DNA of 64,000 nucleotides, taken from positions 82,977 through 146,976 of the forward strand of contig JAKQPK010000050.1 in assembly GCA_029564765.1 (NCBI GenBank). Direction: 5' to 3'. Under the pieces are notes generated by a model. The model made no database searches. It saw only the letters and a program-made list of their open reading frames with translations, and was not told the origin of the DNA. Made by a program: the position numbers and the translations under genes. Below, piece by piece: positions 20,601 to 28,183 of the stretch. The stretch's first letter is position 1. The number at the start of each line of letters is the position of its first letter. The stretch is from Candidatus Omnitrophota bacterium (GTDB lineage: Bacteria; Omnitrophota; Gorgyraeia; Zapsychrales; Aceulaceae).

Positions 20601-23600
20601 TGCCAGACGTAACAAGCCTTCGTCATGATTCATTTCACCAGCGGAATTCTGAAATTCTGCTTCTATCTCAATCATCTCGTCCTCAACCTGACGAAGCACG
20701 ATCATATAAGATACATTCTTCGCAGGTTTATGCATAGCCCTATAATCCATCTTATTTTGAGATGAAAAGGAAAATATCACATTTTTTCTCCAGTCAAAAT
20801 CGAGACCGGTGTCGATCAAAAGCTTGCCCTTTGTAGCATCTAGGATTCGCTTAGAAAATTCCTGAACATCAAATTTTGCCCCTTTGAAGCTCACCCTTTC
20901 TTTACGCGAAACGATATCCGCATCATACGGGATCTCTGTCTCGGGCTTAGACGTTTCGGATTTAACTTCTGCCCTCTTTTCTTCTGGAGCGGTGGACAAA
21001 AAGTTTTCGGCTGACAATATATATCGCTGCAGAACCGCTTTCTCATGTTCACGAAATTTTTTATCAAACACCGAAACTTCAGTGACTTTCCGCGTAAATT
21101 CCTCAAAGCTGACAATGATTCTAAAATCCTCTATCTCGAATTGCATAGTGCTTATCGTATCTCCAAAACGCTCCCGAAACGCATCTACAGCATCCGCTAT
21201 CTGAGCTCCGAGCAAAGCATTGTAAGAACGAAAACTATTATTGAAATTACGAATTTCTATAGTTTGCAGCTTTGCATTCCGGTCGAATACCGAAAGAAGC
21301 TCTTTGACATCGCGCTGAATCTTTGCGGAACCTGATGGCAAAAATCCTCTTTTTGCTGACGCTGTTTTGCTCACCTCCGAAACAACAGGTTTTTCCTCCA
21401 GATACCTTTCTAACCCTAAAGTTCGCTGTGCCGGTTCCCCAGAAGGAACACCATCAATATACGTTACAGCTGGCACCTCTTTTTTCTCCAGCGCGGTAGA
21501 AAAAACATTTTCTGATGATAATTTTGAACGGTCAAATCCCGGCAGGCGCATTCCCTGCTTATCTTTTACATGAACATGAATAATTTGTTGCGTGCTCTTG
21601 CTTACAGAGATCTCGATCGAATAAGTCCTAAAAGTAAGCACGATCCCTTCAAGCTTTTGAGTAACAAGCATGCTAAATTTTTCTTTAAATCGATCTATGG
21701 CATCTTTTAGTTTCAACTTGTTGGCATCATAAAGCATGGCAGGGTTAAAAATCTTTATAGTTTCCATCTTTTCTTCGCGCCCGATGATCGAGATGATCTC
21801 CTCAACATCTCGCTGGATCTTTGCAGAATCTGACGGCCAATATCCTCTTTTTTCTGAAACTACCGATTTAACTTCCGCAGCTTTCGGTGTCACGCTAACA
21901 ACAGGATCGCGATAAGAAAGATCCTTGCTCACCAGATAAATATAACTTCCATCTTGAAACCTGATCTGATACGCGAGAGGCTTGCCAGGCCTAGAAAGCC
22001 ACTGATCGATCTTATCTTTCTCAAGAATAGAATGTTGTTCGATATCGATAAAAACTGCCTTTTCTCTGGCAGATAGATCCTTGATCTTTTGTACAGCTCT
22101 TTCTTTTGAGAAATTAGCAGAGATCTGGTCAACGGCTTGCCAATTTTTTTCTTGAGATCCTGACACGACCTTAAGGTAGCTTTCTCGGTCACGCGATGAA
22201 CCCAGGCGAAAATTTCTTTTATCCATAAGGATCGGCGCTATGCGCGCGGCAACTGTTTCTGTTTGCGAAAAAGTCGTTCGCACTTTGTTCGCATCAATGA
22301 TCGCGCGCTTACCCTCATAGCGGACGTTGAGATAATAAGAAGTGCCATTTCCCAATTCTAACCTGATTGATGCTACTGGTTCACGAAGATCAAGGTCTTG
22401 CCATGGGGCTTTTGGATTTGTCACACTGACTCTTTGATATCCGCCAGAACGCAATTTAACGCCCATCGTGCCAACGTCTGATCTTTCATCCTGCATAATA
22501 CGCGTGATCGGGCTGATCAGCTGCTGGCGTGTGATCACACTTGAAGACGCGCTAGAAGTAGGCATCTTTTCAATGATCTCTTTCGCTTTGCGCGCGATAT
22601 TATCCTCTGAAACAGCATCAAAATTCTGCTTTTTGTCATTCCATACAAAGCGTAATGCTGTGATCGATAAGAAAAGGTCATATTGATCGATCATAATTTG
22701 AGTTAAAGGTGAATTTCTGTTTTGTTCCCAGAATTTTACAATCAACCTCTGTCCTGATCCCAAATTCTTTTCACTAAAGAATTCGGTAAACCCAGGCTCA
22801 TGCTCAAGATAAGAACTATCGTTCCATTCCACAGACCATGTCTTGTGTGGGATCCCCTTCCTGAGCGCCATGATCGCTTCATGCGCGTTCAGCGTTCCCG
22901 CAGCACGTTTGATTACTGCAAGGGATGAGGACATTCTCTTATGCTTAGATTTTTGATCATAAGATCGATACATTTTTCCATTCTCGCTTAAGCGCAAGAA
23001 AATCTGTCCATTCTGATCGAATGCATGCATCGTAACCGGCAACTCTGTTTCTGACCATCCATAATAATAATCCCGAAAGTCTAAGCCGTAGTACTCTTTC
23101 TCGCTTTCAGACAGTTGCTGTGATTCTGCATGCCAAACCGCGGTAATAAACGGTTTGATGTTTCCATCCTGGTCAGTTCCGGAGATAAAATAAGGATCCG
23201 CCTGATACTCTTTGATAAGCACAGCGGCAACTTCTCGACCAGTGGTAGCTGGGATCGAAGCCAGCGTAGAAGAAACCGACTGAGTCGGGGCTACCAACAA
23301 ATCTGTCCCGCTTCCGTCAATATCAACTCCTACATAAACAATCGTCACATTATCAAGGATCAAATGCCCATCGCTGCCACGCTTGAGAATACCTTTGTCA
23401 AAATAATGCTGATATTTCGCCTTTGATAGAAGCTCATCCAGGTTAATTTCTTGATCCGTATCGTTACGCAACTCAACCGTTCCAATGTATTCTGGTTTGT
23501 TCAGAGTCCACTTCCCTGCCACATAAAGAAGATCCAGATCCAGCGTTTTTGAACCCAGCGGGAGAATTTTGTAAGCGTTCACCTTGTTTTTCTGATAGTA

Positions 23601-26600
23601 ATCTTCGTAATTTTTGGAAAATTCGAATCGCGCCAAGTGGCCTGGCTTATTATTTTTCATAGCCCATTCTTTAGTATCCATGGCAAAATGCTCGGATAAA
23701 TAATAATTCCAATCCAAAGCAAACTTAACTGGCGTAAAGCATAGCTCACGATACTCAGGTGTAAAATTCACGATGTGCAGCAAGCGCGTCCATCCATACT
23801 TTTTCATCAGGTCTTTTACCTTCTGATTTTCTGTATAGCGCACATGATAATCGAGATTCTGAAGAACATGGCCCAAGGCGCCTTCGATCTGATAGATCGT
23901 CCCGCCCTCTTTTGGATTATCAATGAAGGTTGGCGATGTCCACTGTACATACTGTTCATGTCCAATGATCTTTTCCAGTTCACGCAAAAATGGCTGAAGC
24001 ACAGTTTCGTTAATGCCCATAATGTTGGTATTAAAGAACTGTTCACCTTCCTGGCCTGCTTCCTCGATCGCGCCAGCAGTGAGGCCGATCTTTTGAAAGA
24101 GCTCGCCCTGGCCAACCTTGCCAGCCTGGACAGTTTCCATCATATTGATACGGGTATTCTCAGCAGTAAGATCCTGCAGCAAAAGGCCATCCTCGACAGG
24201 CTGAGCACCAACCTTCCCACCTTTTTTATCTAATTCCATGGTTGTCGATGATAAAAGAACCATGGGGATCTTGTTGGACGCCATCCAGCCTAAAACAACA
24301 GATGGGATTTGATTGTTTGGACCGTCCCCATTAGTAATATCGCGGATCACCACTTTGTCTTCTGGTAAAATGTCAGTAAGAACTTCTTCAAAAGCCATTC
24401 GTCCAAAAACACCGTGTCCGCCTGGAGAAGTTTTGCGATCGGTCAACTCTCCGGTTACCACATCCACAACAGGCTGGATCGCCTGAACGACCATATCTTC
24501 ATCGAATCTAATGCCTTGCAACCCTCTGACGTATTGAGCATAAGTGCGCTTTTGGCCTTCGGGGATACGATCATCGATCTTATCAAGAAGGCAAATGTGT
24601 TGATTGCGAAAATCTGAAATAGGACCGACCGTATCTTTACTGACAAGCTCACGAATGCTGGCGTGCGCAACACGGCCTTCTTGAGCGGTAATGATGTTGT
24701 GGACATATTTCACATCTAAAATACTGAACTCCACATCCTTGAAAACCTTAGGGTTGCCATCCTTATCAAACCCTTGAAGTTCTTGGACAAACGTCAAGGC
24801 CATGGATTTCGCCCCGACTCCTCCCACAGAAGTCCCTGCTCCGCCGTTCATAAAATCAATGCGATGGTCAACATTCTTAGCAGCCTCAAGATACTTCTTC
24901 TCCTGCGATAAGATCTCTGTTGCGAAATCCGTCGCGTTCATGATCTCTTTCATTTTTGACTTAGGGATCATAGAATTTGGGAAGAAATTCTGGCCGATCA
25001 CCAGATCATTCACGATCCCTTTTTGCTTATCGACCATTTGCTGATTATATTGAGAAACGAGACTTGCGAAATAATCTCTGTTAAAAGTGCTGCCAGGATT
25101 ATCCATGCCTAATTTTTTGACAAACGGATCGATCTCTTCTTTTGAAATGGTACGAATGCTCGAAGACACAGCTTCTTCTTTGTCTTCTGCCAGCGGCATC
25201 CCCTGTGACACGAACTCCCAGAAATCCGCTTTTTTGGCTCGATGAAGAACAACATAGCCATCACGGATAAACATCTTTACCGTCAAAGGTTCTCTGGCGT
25301 CTTGCGGTATAGAAGCAATCTTTTCAGCCATGAGACTTTTACTGTTAGGCCTATAAAACTCTGTTTGCTTGATATCGTCGCTTGTTAACCTTAGAGCCAT
25401 ATTTTCCGCGACGATCTCTGTTGCCATTTCTTTTAAATCCACATTGGCGCGAAACTTAGGGACATTGATGGAACCGCCCAGCTCATTCCATCTGGCTCCT
25501 TCATCCTTAAAATTAAATCCTTGACCGTAAAACTGCGTTATCTTCCATCGGCTATTTGCTGTGTCTTTGGCAAAGATCAAAGAAGTTCTGTCTTTAAAGA
25601 ACATCGTAACCTTCTTGGCTTTTGGCAAAATAACGCTTAGACGGCCTGAAGCCTGCGGGTCGCTCAAAGAAAATCCGTAGGAATATCCTTCCTCTGTGAG
25701 AATATTGAAACTTAAAAGCACTTTCCCTGTCAACTCGAGCTTGGACGTGATCTCGCGTAAAAGAACAGATGCTGGCTCTAAAGACGATACCCTTGAGATG
25801 ATCGCCGAGGCGGAAACGCCTGTTCCCCACTTTACCTCTATATTCCATCTATTACGGTCGATGCGCGTAAGTACTATTTGTTTATTCCCGTTTTCATCAT
25901 AATAAACTTTAATTCTCGCAACTTTCCTTTCTGGCTTATCATCTAAGAAAGTGCTCTGCATCTCAGACCTGTGTCTGCCACTCCACCCCCCAGTATCGTA
26001 TTCTGCATAAACATAAACATAATCACCGCCATATTGTCGAGCGATTGCTTCCAATGCACTCCATCCTGCATCATGCCCGGGAGCTTCTATCGCCGAGGCG
26101 GAGGATCTGTTATCATCTTCACTTTTCAATAGCTTAGCATCAAATCTCGTTGCACTTCCCTTTGTTTGCAATTTATCTGCGGATGGAGTGACCTTTTCTA
26201 GAGCCTGACGCAAAGGGGTCCCGTCAGGAGTAGTTGGCGTGAAACCGCCAGAAAAATACTTGCGGGGAATGTTCTTTCCCGTATGCTGATCCCTCTCAAC
26301 CTTGATAAAATCATAGATGCCTTTTTGAAAAGCATTCAAATAATCCTCGTAGATCTTTTGCTTTTCAGAGCTATCCACAAGATCAATGCCTTTTATCTTA
26401 TTCTGATCCATGTAGATCTTGCCAAGCAAGCTTTCCTTTAGATTGTTCTTATACCAAGTGGCCAGGATCATCGCGTAATAGACCTGCCTTAGGCTCGCAA
26501 AATGCTTTCCGAAGTTCACTTCTTTTTCGATGGCCGGAAGAACAATTTCACGGACGATCTGAGAAGAAAGAGAACTGGTCGTTAGTATTTGGTCGCTAGT

Positions 26601-27326
26601 ATTTAGTGGTTGGTTTTTACTAGATACTACATACTCTCGACTATCGACTCGTTGCTTTGCTTGCAAAGCAACGTAATCTTCTTCCATCACGACGGCCAAT
26701 TCGCTGTCAACAACAAAAACCCTATTGTTGTTCTCGTAAACTGTTGCTTTTTTAGGAAGGATCCAGATCTTGTTGAACGTGTCGATCGGGATGTCGGTAG
26801 TTCCGTATTTCTCGTAAGCTGCCTTGTAAACCTTTTCCCAGAACTTTTTGCCAAGCTCGTCTTCCGGGTATATTAAGGAAGCAGTAAGCTGCTTTAAGAT
26901 ATAATCCTGAGCTAAAAGATCTCGACCCATCTGGGTCTGACCAAAGCCTTCCGGGATAATACGATCTTTTTCATAAGGCGAAAGGTTGACCCACATGTCT
27001 TTTTCAGGAGTTGTCAAGGAGGCTAAAAAGTAGCGGATCAGCTTCTTGGCTTCTTCGGTCAAGGCCTCGCCTTCCATGGCTGTATCACCGCTATCTACGA
27101 TAAACCCAAAATGAAAAGGATTACCGGGGTCAATCTCGATCGCTCGTAACAAAACAGGATAAAAACTTGCTGTTGGCGCAAGCATCGTGCTTGGCGCCGA
27201 AAGCCCTGCAGATAGGCCCTGGGCGTAGCTGGGAGCAATAGAGGTAAAAAGAAAGCTGAGAGTGATAAGAACAGAGATGATCTTTGACGCGAATCTTCTT
27301 TGGGCTTTGTTACCGCAGGCGATCAT
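17607..27326 (-). CDS. 3239-aa exported modular giant protein (Omnitrophota-type N- and C-terminal domains, UDPGP-family nucleotidyltransferase, repeats, ACP-like domain)
   Basis: Uninterrupted ORF with AAGGAG RBS; signal/TM; WVNLSPYE.DRII, GRDLLAQDYILKQLTAS and KYFSGG at the N end; GGI..LQIKRDGNGIPLP at the C end. Confidence 0.9.
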   Translation of the reverse strand: MIACGNKAQRRFASKIISVLITLSFLFTSIAPSYAQGLSAGLSAPSTMLAPTASFYPVLLRAIEIDPGNPFHFGFIVDSGDTAMEGEALTEEAKKLIRYFLASLTTPEKDMWVNLSPYEKDRIIPEGFGQTQMGRDLLAQDYILKQLTASLIYPEDELGKKFWEKVYKAAYEKYGTTDIPIDTFNKIWILPKKATVYENNNRVFVVDSELAVVMEEDYVALQAKQRVDSREYVVSSKNQPLNTSDQILTTSSLSSQIVREIVLPAIEKEVNFGKHFASLRQVYYAMILATWYKNNLKESLLGKIYMDQNKIKGIDLVDSSEKQKIYEDYLNAFQKGIYDFIKVERDQHTGKNIPRKYFSGGFTPTTPDGTPLRQALEKVTPSADKLQTKGSATRFDAKLLKSEDDNRSSASAIEAPGHDAGWSALEAIARQYGGDYVYVYAEYDTGGWSGRHRSEMQSTFLDDKPERKVARIKVYYDENGNKQIVLTRIDRNRWNIEVKWGTGVSASAIISRVSSLEPASVLLREITSKLELTGKVLLSFNILTEEGYSYGFSLSDPQASGRLSVILPKAKKVTMFFKDRTSLIFAKDTANSRWKITQFYGQGFNFKDEGARWNELGGSINVPKFRANVDLKEMATEIVAENMALRLTSDDIKQTEFYRPNSKSLMAEKIASIPQDAREPLTVKMFIRDGYVVLHRAKKADFWEFVSQGMPLAEDKEEAVSSSIRTISKEEIDPFVKKLGMDNPGSTFNRDYFASLVSQYNQQMVDKQKGIVNDLVIGQNFFPNSMIPKSKMKEIMNATDFATEILSQEKKYLEAAKNVDHRIDFMNGGAGTSVGGVGAKSMALTFVQELQGFDKDGNPKVFKDVEFSILDVKYVHNIITAQEGRVAHASIRELVSKDTVGPISDFRNQHICLLDKIDDRIPEGQKRTYAQYVRGLQGIRFDEDMVVQAIQPVVDVVTGELTDRKTSPGGHGVFGRMAFEEVLTDILPEDKVVIRDITNGDGPNNQIPSVVLGWMASNKIPMVLLSSTTMELDKKGGKVGAQPVEDGLLLQDLTAENTRINMMETVQAGKVGQGELFQKIGLTAGAIEEAGQEGEQFFNTNIMGINETVLQPFLRELEKIIGHEQYVQWTSPTFIDNPKEGGTIYQIEGALGHVLQNLDYHVRYTENQKVKDLMKKYGWTRLLHIVNFTPEYRELCFTPVKFALDWNYYLSEHFAMDTKEWAMKNNKPGHLARFEFSKNYEDYYQKNKVNAYKILPLGSKTLDLDLLYVAGKWTLNKPEYIGTVELRNDTDQEINLDELLSKAKYQHYFDKGILKRGSDGHLILDNVTIVYVGVDIDGSGTDLLVAPTQSVSSTLASIPATTGREVAAVLIKEYQADPYFISGTDQDGNIKPFITAVWHAESQQLSESEKEYYGLDFRDYYYGWSETELPVTMHAFDQNGQIFLRLSENGKMYRSYDQKSKHKRMSSSLAVIKRAAGTLNAHEAIMALRKGIPHKTWSVEWNDSSYLEHEPGFTEFFSEKNLGSGQRLIVKFWEQNRNSPLTQIMIDQYDLFLSITALRFVWNDKKQNFDAVSEDNIARKAKEIIEKMPTSSASSSVITRQQLISPITRIMQDERSDVGTMGVKLRSGGYQRVSVTNPKAPWQDLDLREPVASIRLELGNGTSYYLNVRYEGKRAIIDANKVRTTFSQTETVAARIAPILMDKRNFRLGSSRDRESYLKVVSGSQEKNWQAVDQISANFSKERAVQKIKDLSAREKAVFIDIEQHSILEKDKIDQWLSRPGKPLAYQIRFQDGSYIYLVSKDLSYRDPVVSVTPKAAEVKSVVSEKRGYWPSDSAKIQRDVEEIISIIGREEKMETIKIFNPAMLYDANKLKLKDAIDRFKEKFSMLVTQKLEGIVLTFRTYSIEISVSKSTQQIIHVHVKDKQGMRLPGFDRSKLSSENVFSTALEKKEVPAVTYIDGVPSGEPAQRTLGLERYLEEKPVVSEVSKTASAKRGFLPSGSAKIQRDVKELLSVFDRNAKLQTIEIRNFNNSFRSYNALLGAQIADAVDAFRERFGDTISTMQFEIEDFRIIVSFEEFTRKVTEVSVFDKKFREHEKAVLQRYILSAENFLSTAPEEKRAEVKSETSKPETEIPYDADIVSRKERVSFKGAKFDVQEFSKRILDATKGKLLIDTGLDFDWRKNVIFSFSSQNKMDYRAMHKPAKNVSYMIVLRQVEDEMIEIEAEFQNSAGEMNHDEGLLRLATDILKSMSQEPGVVDAPQATAPAKLSELMPGEFRHQLLEFLDQLGVRELRAVNIFDGVSFYYFYSTKQIRESREEVAHALDGLVQEKSDMQSIEILWTANRVVIDLERGEVVGVRPGFATLGAGQEDIDRIRQNLPAGHFLSMARSEPLDETPTAMSQKASDVIEDLFRDFSNTIENYLGTDEIIYSPRLGEGNFGGFNGLITIKFTKTYERFKPYWVVSFERQPDGSVEIRAKSAPVYGATPNEDLELLELAKQTIVPDLGRFLSENFSSTVKIENNEEIVKSESSTGKRNIKDFKLTEISNDLRVFLEKLGEKIGLRTLDFKIGYYAVARQFDYAASRTSDPEAVDFSISSELNKNMGNIHFLVQQGKVVKIETIDLRLKDQVAAVLSELSEDNFLKTASSSSLSKKAPIGASSGVKAVLPENFSIEELANTLQKEISADRVSFNYVDIDGGSSGNLSAMDAQRVTFRNPKTRQISLQFHYNDRVWGDVLRFKLENGSVVVDAYQAMDLGDELNIPDQKFLAQALSVLKAMDAVTTSSGSSEKSTSPFAFDGVQSTIIKSLPTASILDAVMAVEDVMGEKVESFLWNGLDYDLDGSDIFHQNLVDTDSPMDNSLLFTFDAQEGKELNVVILTDTEKGVSIAVRKTEQGEGDKGFLVRNRGERQEDVEVKIKEKLEVVSSSLTRKDFFAVIDHMVDLAREEGYELVKLVPDKNENVIDEYADLDSFKDELTQITDEDNINKDVNGVLLVFYNSKQDDHEQAHVLFYQNISGLMTVRVSHPNSIRKEFRIAGLNQHRSITSLDFLLKTITTSDKMLENVISIIKQFSVVKTDNVTLATKLRDDLKMTSVEIARMIVDINSRLLPNHAQIIPKESMEIQEYDEVNIGDIYNFVLEKQRKSSSNLGGISMDSKTLDLQIKRDGNGIPLPISQQPPELMNIQGFTFEIMGITPVASLFLLSGLDAGTPSNKVRGSDNRELIGRPAEPALPAEEYAQVGLL
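26577..26650. repeat. Inverted heptamer arrays inside the giant CDS
   Basis: TAGTATT TGGTCGC TAGTATT TAGTGGT ... TACTAGA TACTACA TACTCTC GACTATC GACT. Confidence 0.6.
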
Positions 27327-27448
27327 GAAACTTCTCCTTTTTTAACAACTTGTTAGGATAAAAATTGGTCAATATACGTACTCAAAGGCTAAAAGAGCAA
27401 GCCTTAAACCTTTTTTCCGTGGCAGGAATTTAGAACAAAATTAGATAA

Positions 27449-27460
27449 GAAAGCGGTTTC
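27449..27460. promoter_or_regulatory. Putative LacI/cre-like operator, copy 1
   Basis: GAAAGCGGTTTC, near-palindrome with central CG, just downstream of the -10 at 27470-27475; identical copy at 27970. Confidence 0.55.
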
Positions 27461-27469
27461 TTTTGGGAA

Positions 27470-27497
27470 AATATAGCACATTTTTATAAATTTTCAA
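27470..27497 (-). promoter_or_regulatory. Proximal promoter of the giant gene
   Basis: TTGAAA-16 nt-TATATT with extended -10 TGn. Confidence 0.55.
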
Positions 27498-27555
27498 GGT
27501 CAGCTTATGTACGGGAGGGCTTGCGGACCTCTATCAAAGAAAGGAGTGCTTTTAA

Positions 27556-27705
27556 ATGATCACGACTTACGAAGGCCTTGGCCGAGATCAAATCAGCCCA
27601 CGCGAATTTATTCCGCCAAAAGCGGAGGCACGAAATCAGGATAATCGTATTAGTATTTTTGGACTCCTCACAAAAAGATTGCTCGGAGTGTTTTTTCTTG
27701 GCTAA
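27556..27705 (+). CDS. Possible 49-aa peptide antisense to the riboswitch leader
   Basis: AAGGAG RBS then MITTYEGLGRDQISPREFIPPKAEARNQDNRISIFGLLTKRLLGVFFLG; no homology recognised. Confidence 0.3.
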   Translation: MITTYEGLGRDQISPREFIPPKAEARNQDNRISIFGLLTKRLLGVFFLG

Positions 27706-27723
27706 GTTAAAATAAGAAGGAAG

Positions 27724-27763
27724 AAAAAATAAGAAAGAGCCGACAAAGTATGTCCACTTCGGC
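27724..27763 (-). terminator. Riboswitch expression-platform terminator
   Basis: GCCGAAGT-GGACAT-ACT(TTG)TCGGC followed by TCTTTCTTATTTTTT; the 3' arm can alternatively pair with the 5' GAGCCGATAAAG. Confidence 0.6.
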
Positions 27764-27914
27764 AACCCAGCCACCGTCTTGTCATCCACTGCGGCCCAAC
27801 CGGCCCTTGAGGTAGCCCCAGCACCACTCCGGGTGCGGGACGCAAGCTGCTTCAGACAACTTAGGTCTGTGGTTTTGCGCCCCCGGGTTTCCCCGGGTTT
27901 GCCTTTATCGGCTC
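27758..27914 (-). ncRNA. c-di-GMP-I (GEMM-I) riboswitch with enlarged P3
   Basis: AAAGGCAAACCCGGG-GAAA-CCCGGGGGCGCAAAACCACAGACCTAAG ... GACGGTGGCTGGGTTGCCGAA matches the GEMM-I consensus (GGCAAACC, GNRA loop, CGCAAA, CUAAG receptor, GUURCCGA). Confidence 0.88.
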
Positions 27915-27921
27915 ATTTGAG

Positions 27922-27949
27922 AATATAGCACAGAAAAGATCGATAACAA
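27922..27949 (-). promoter_or_regulatory. Promoter of the riboswitch transcript
   Basis: TTGTTA-16 nt-TATATT with TGn; predicted start site ~27915 matches the aptamer 5' end. Confidence 0.6.
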
Positions 27950-27969
27950 GGGGTGAAAAGGGGCTTCGG

Positions 27970-27981
27970 GAAAGCGGTTTC
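27970..27981. promoter_or_regulatory. Putative LacI/cre-like operator, copy 2
   Basis: GAAAGCGGTTTC, identical to 27449-27460, ~20 nt upstream of the -35. Confidence 0.55.
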
Positions 27982-27991
27982 AAAATATGAA

Positions 27992-28183
27992 AAAAGGATT
28001 AAAGGATTAGAGGGCTAAAGAGTTAGAAAGGTAAAAACTTTAAGGAGAAACCAAAATACGAAAATTATAAAAACAAAGTTTCCGCTTAAAGTTTAAGCCG
28101 ATGATTCTCAATTCTTTTTTTCTTGCTATTTTCAAATCTCCTAAAGCCCTTTAACCCTTCAATCCTCTAACCCTTTAATCCTA
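27992..28183. repeat. Inverted octamer-array element, same family as 14877-14956
   Basis: AAAAGGAT TAAAGGAT TAGAGGGC TAAAGAGT ... GCCCTTTA ACCCTTCA ATCCTCTA ACCCTTTA ATCCTA. Confidence 0.75.

Noticed and set aside
27505-27789. 94-aa minus-strand ORF in the track
   Set aside because: It starts inside the riboswitch and crosses its terminator, with no RBS and no homology.
27720-27915. 6S RNA, SRP RNA, tRNA or self-cleaving ribozyme
   Set aside because: End-to-end pairing suggested 6S and GAAGCAGC suggested SRP, but GEMM-I motifs explain the region. No CUGANGA/GAAA hammerhead core, twister core or T-loop was found.
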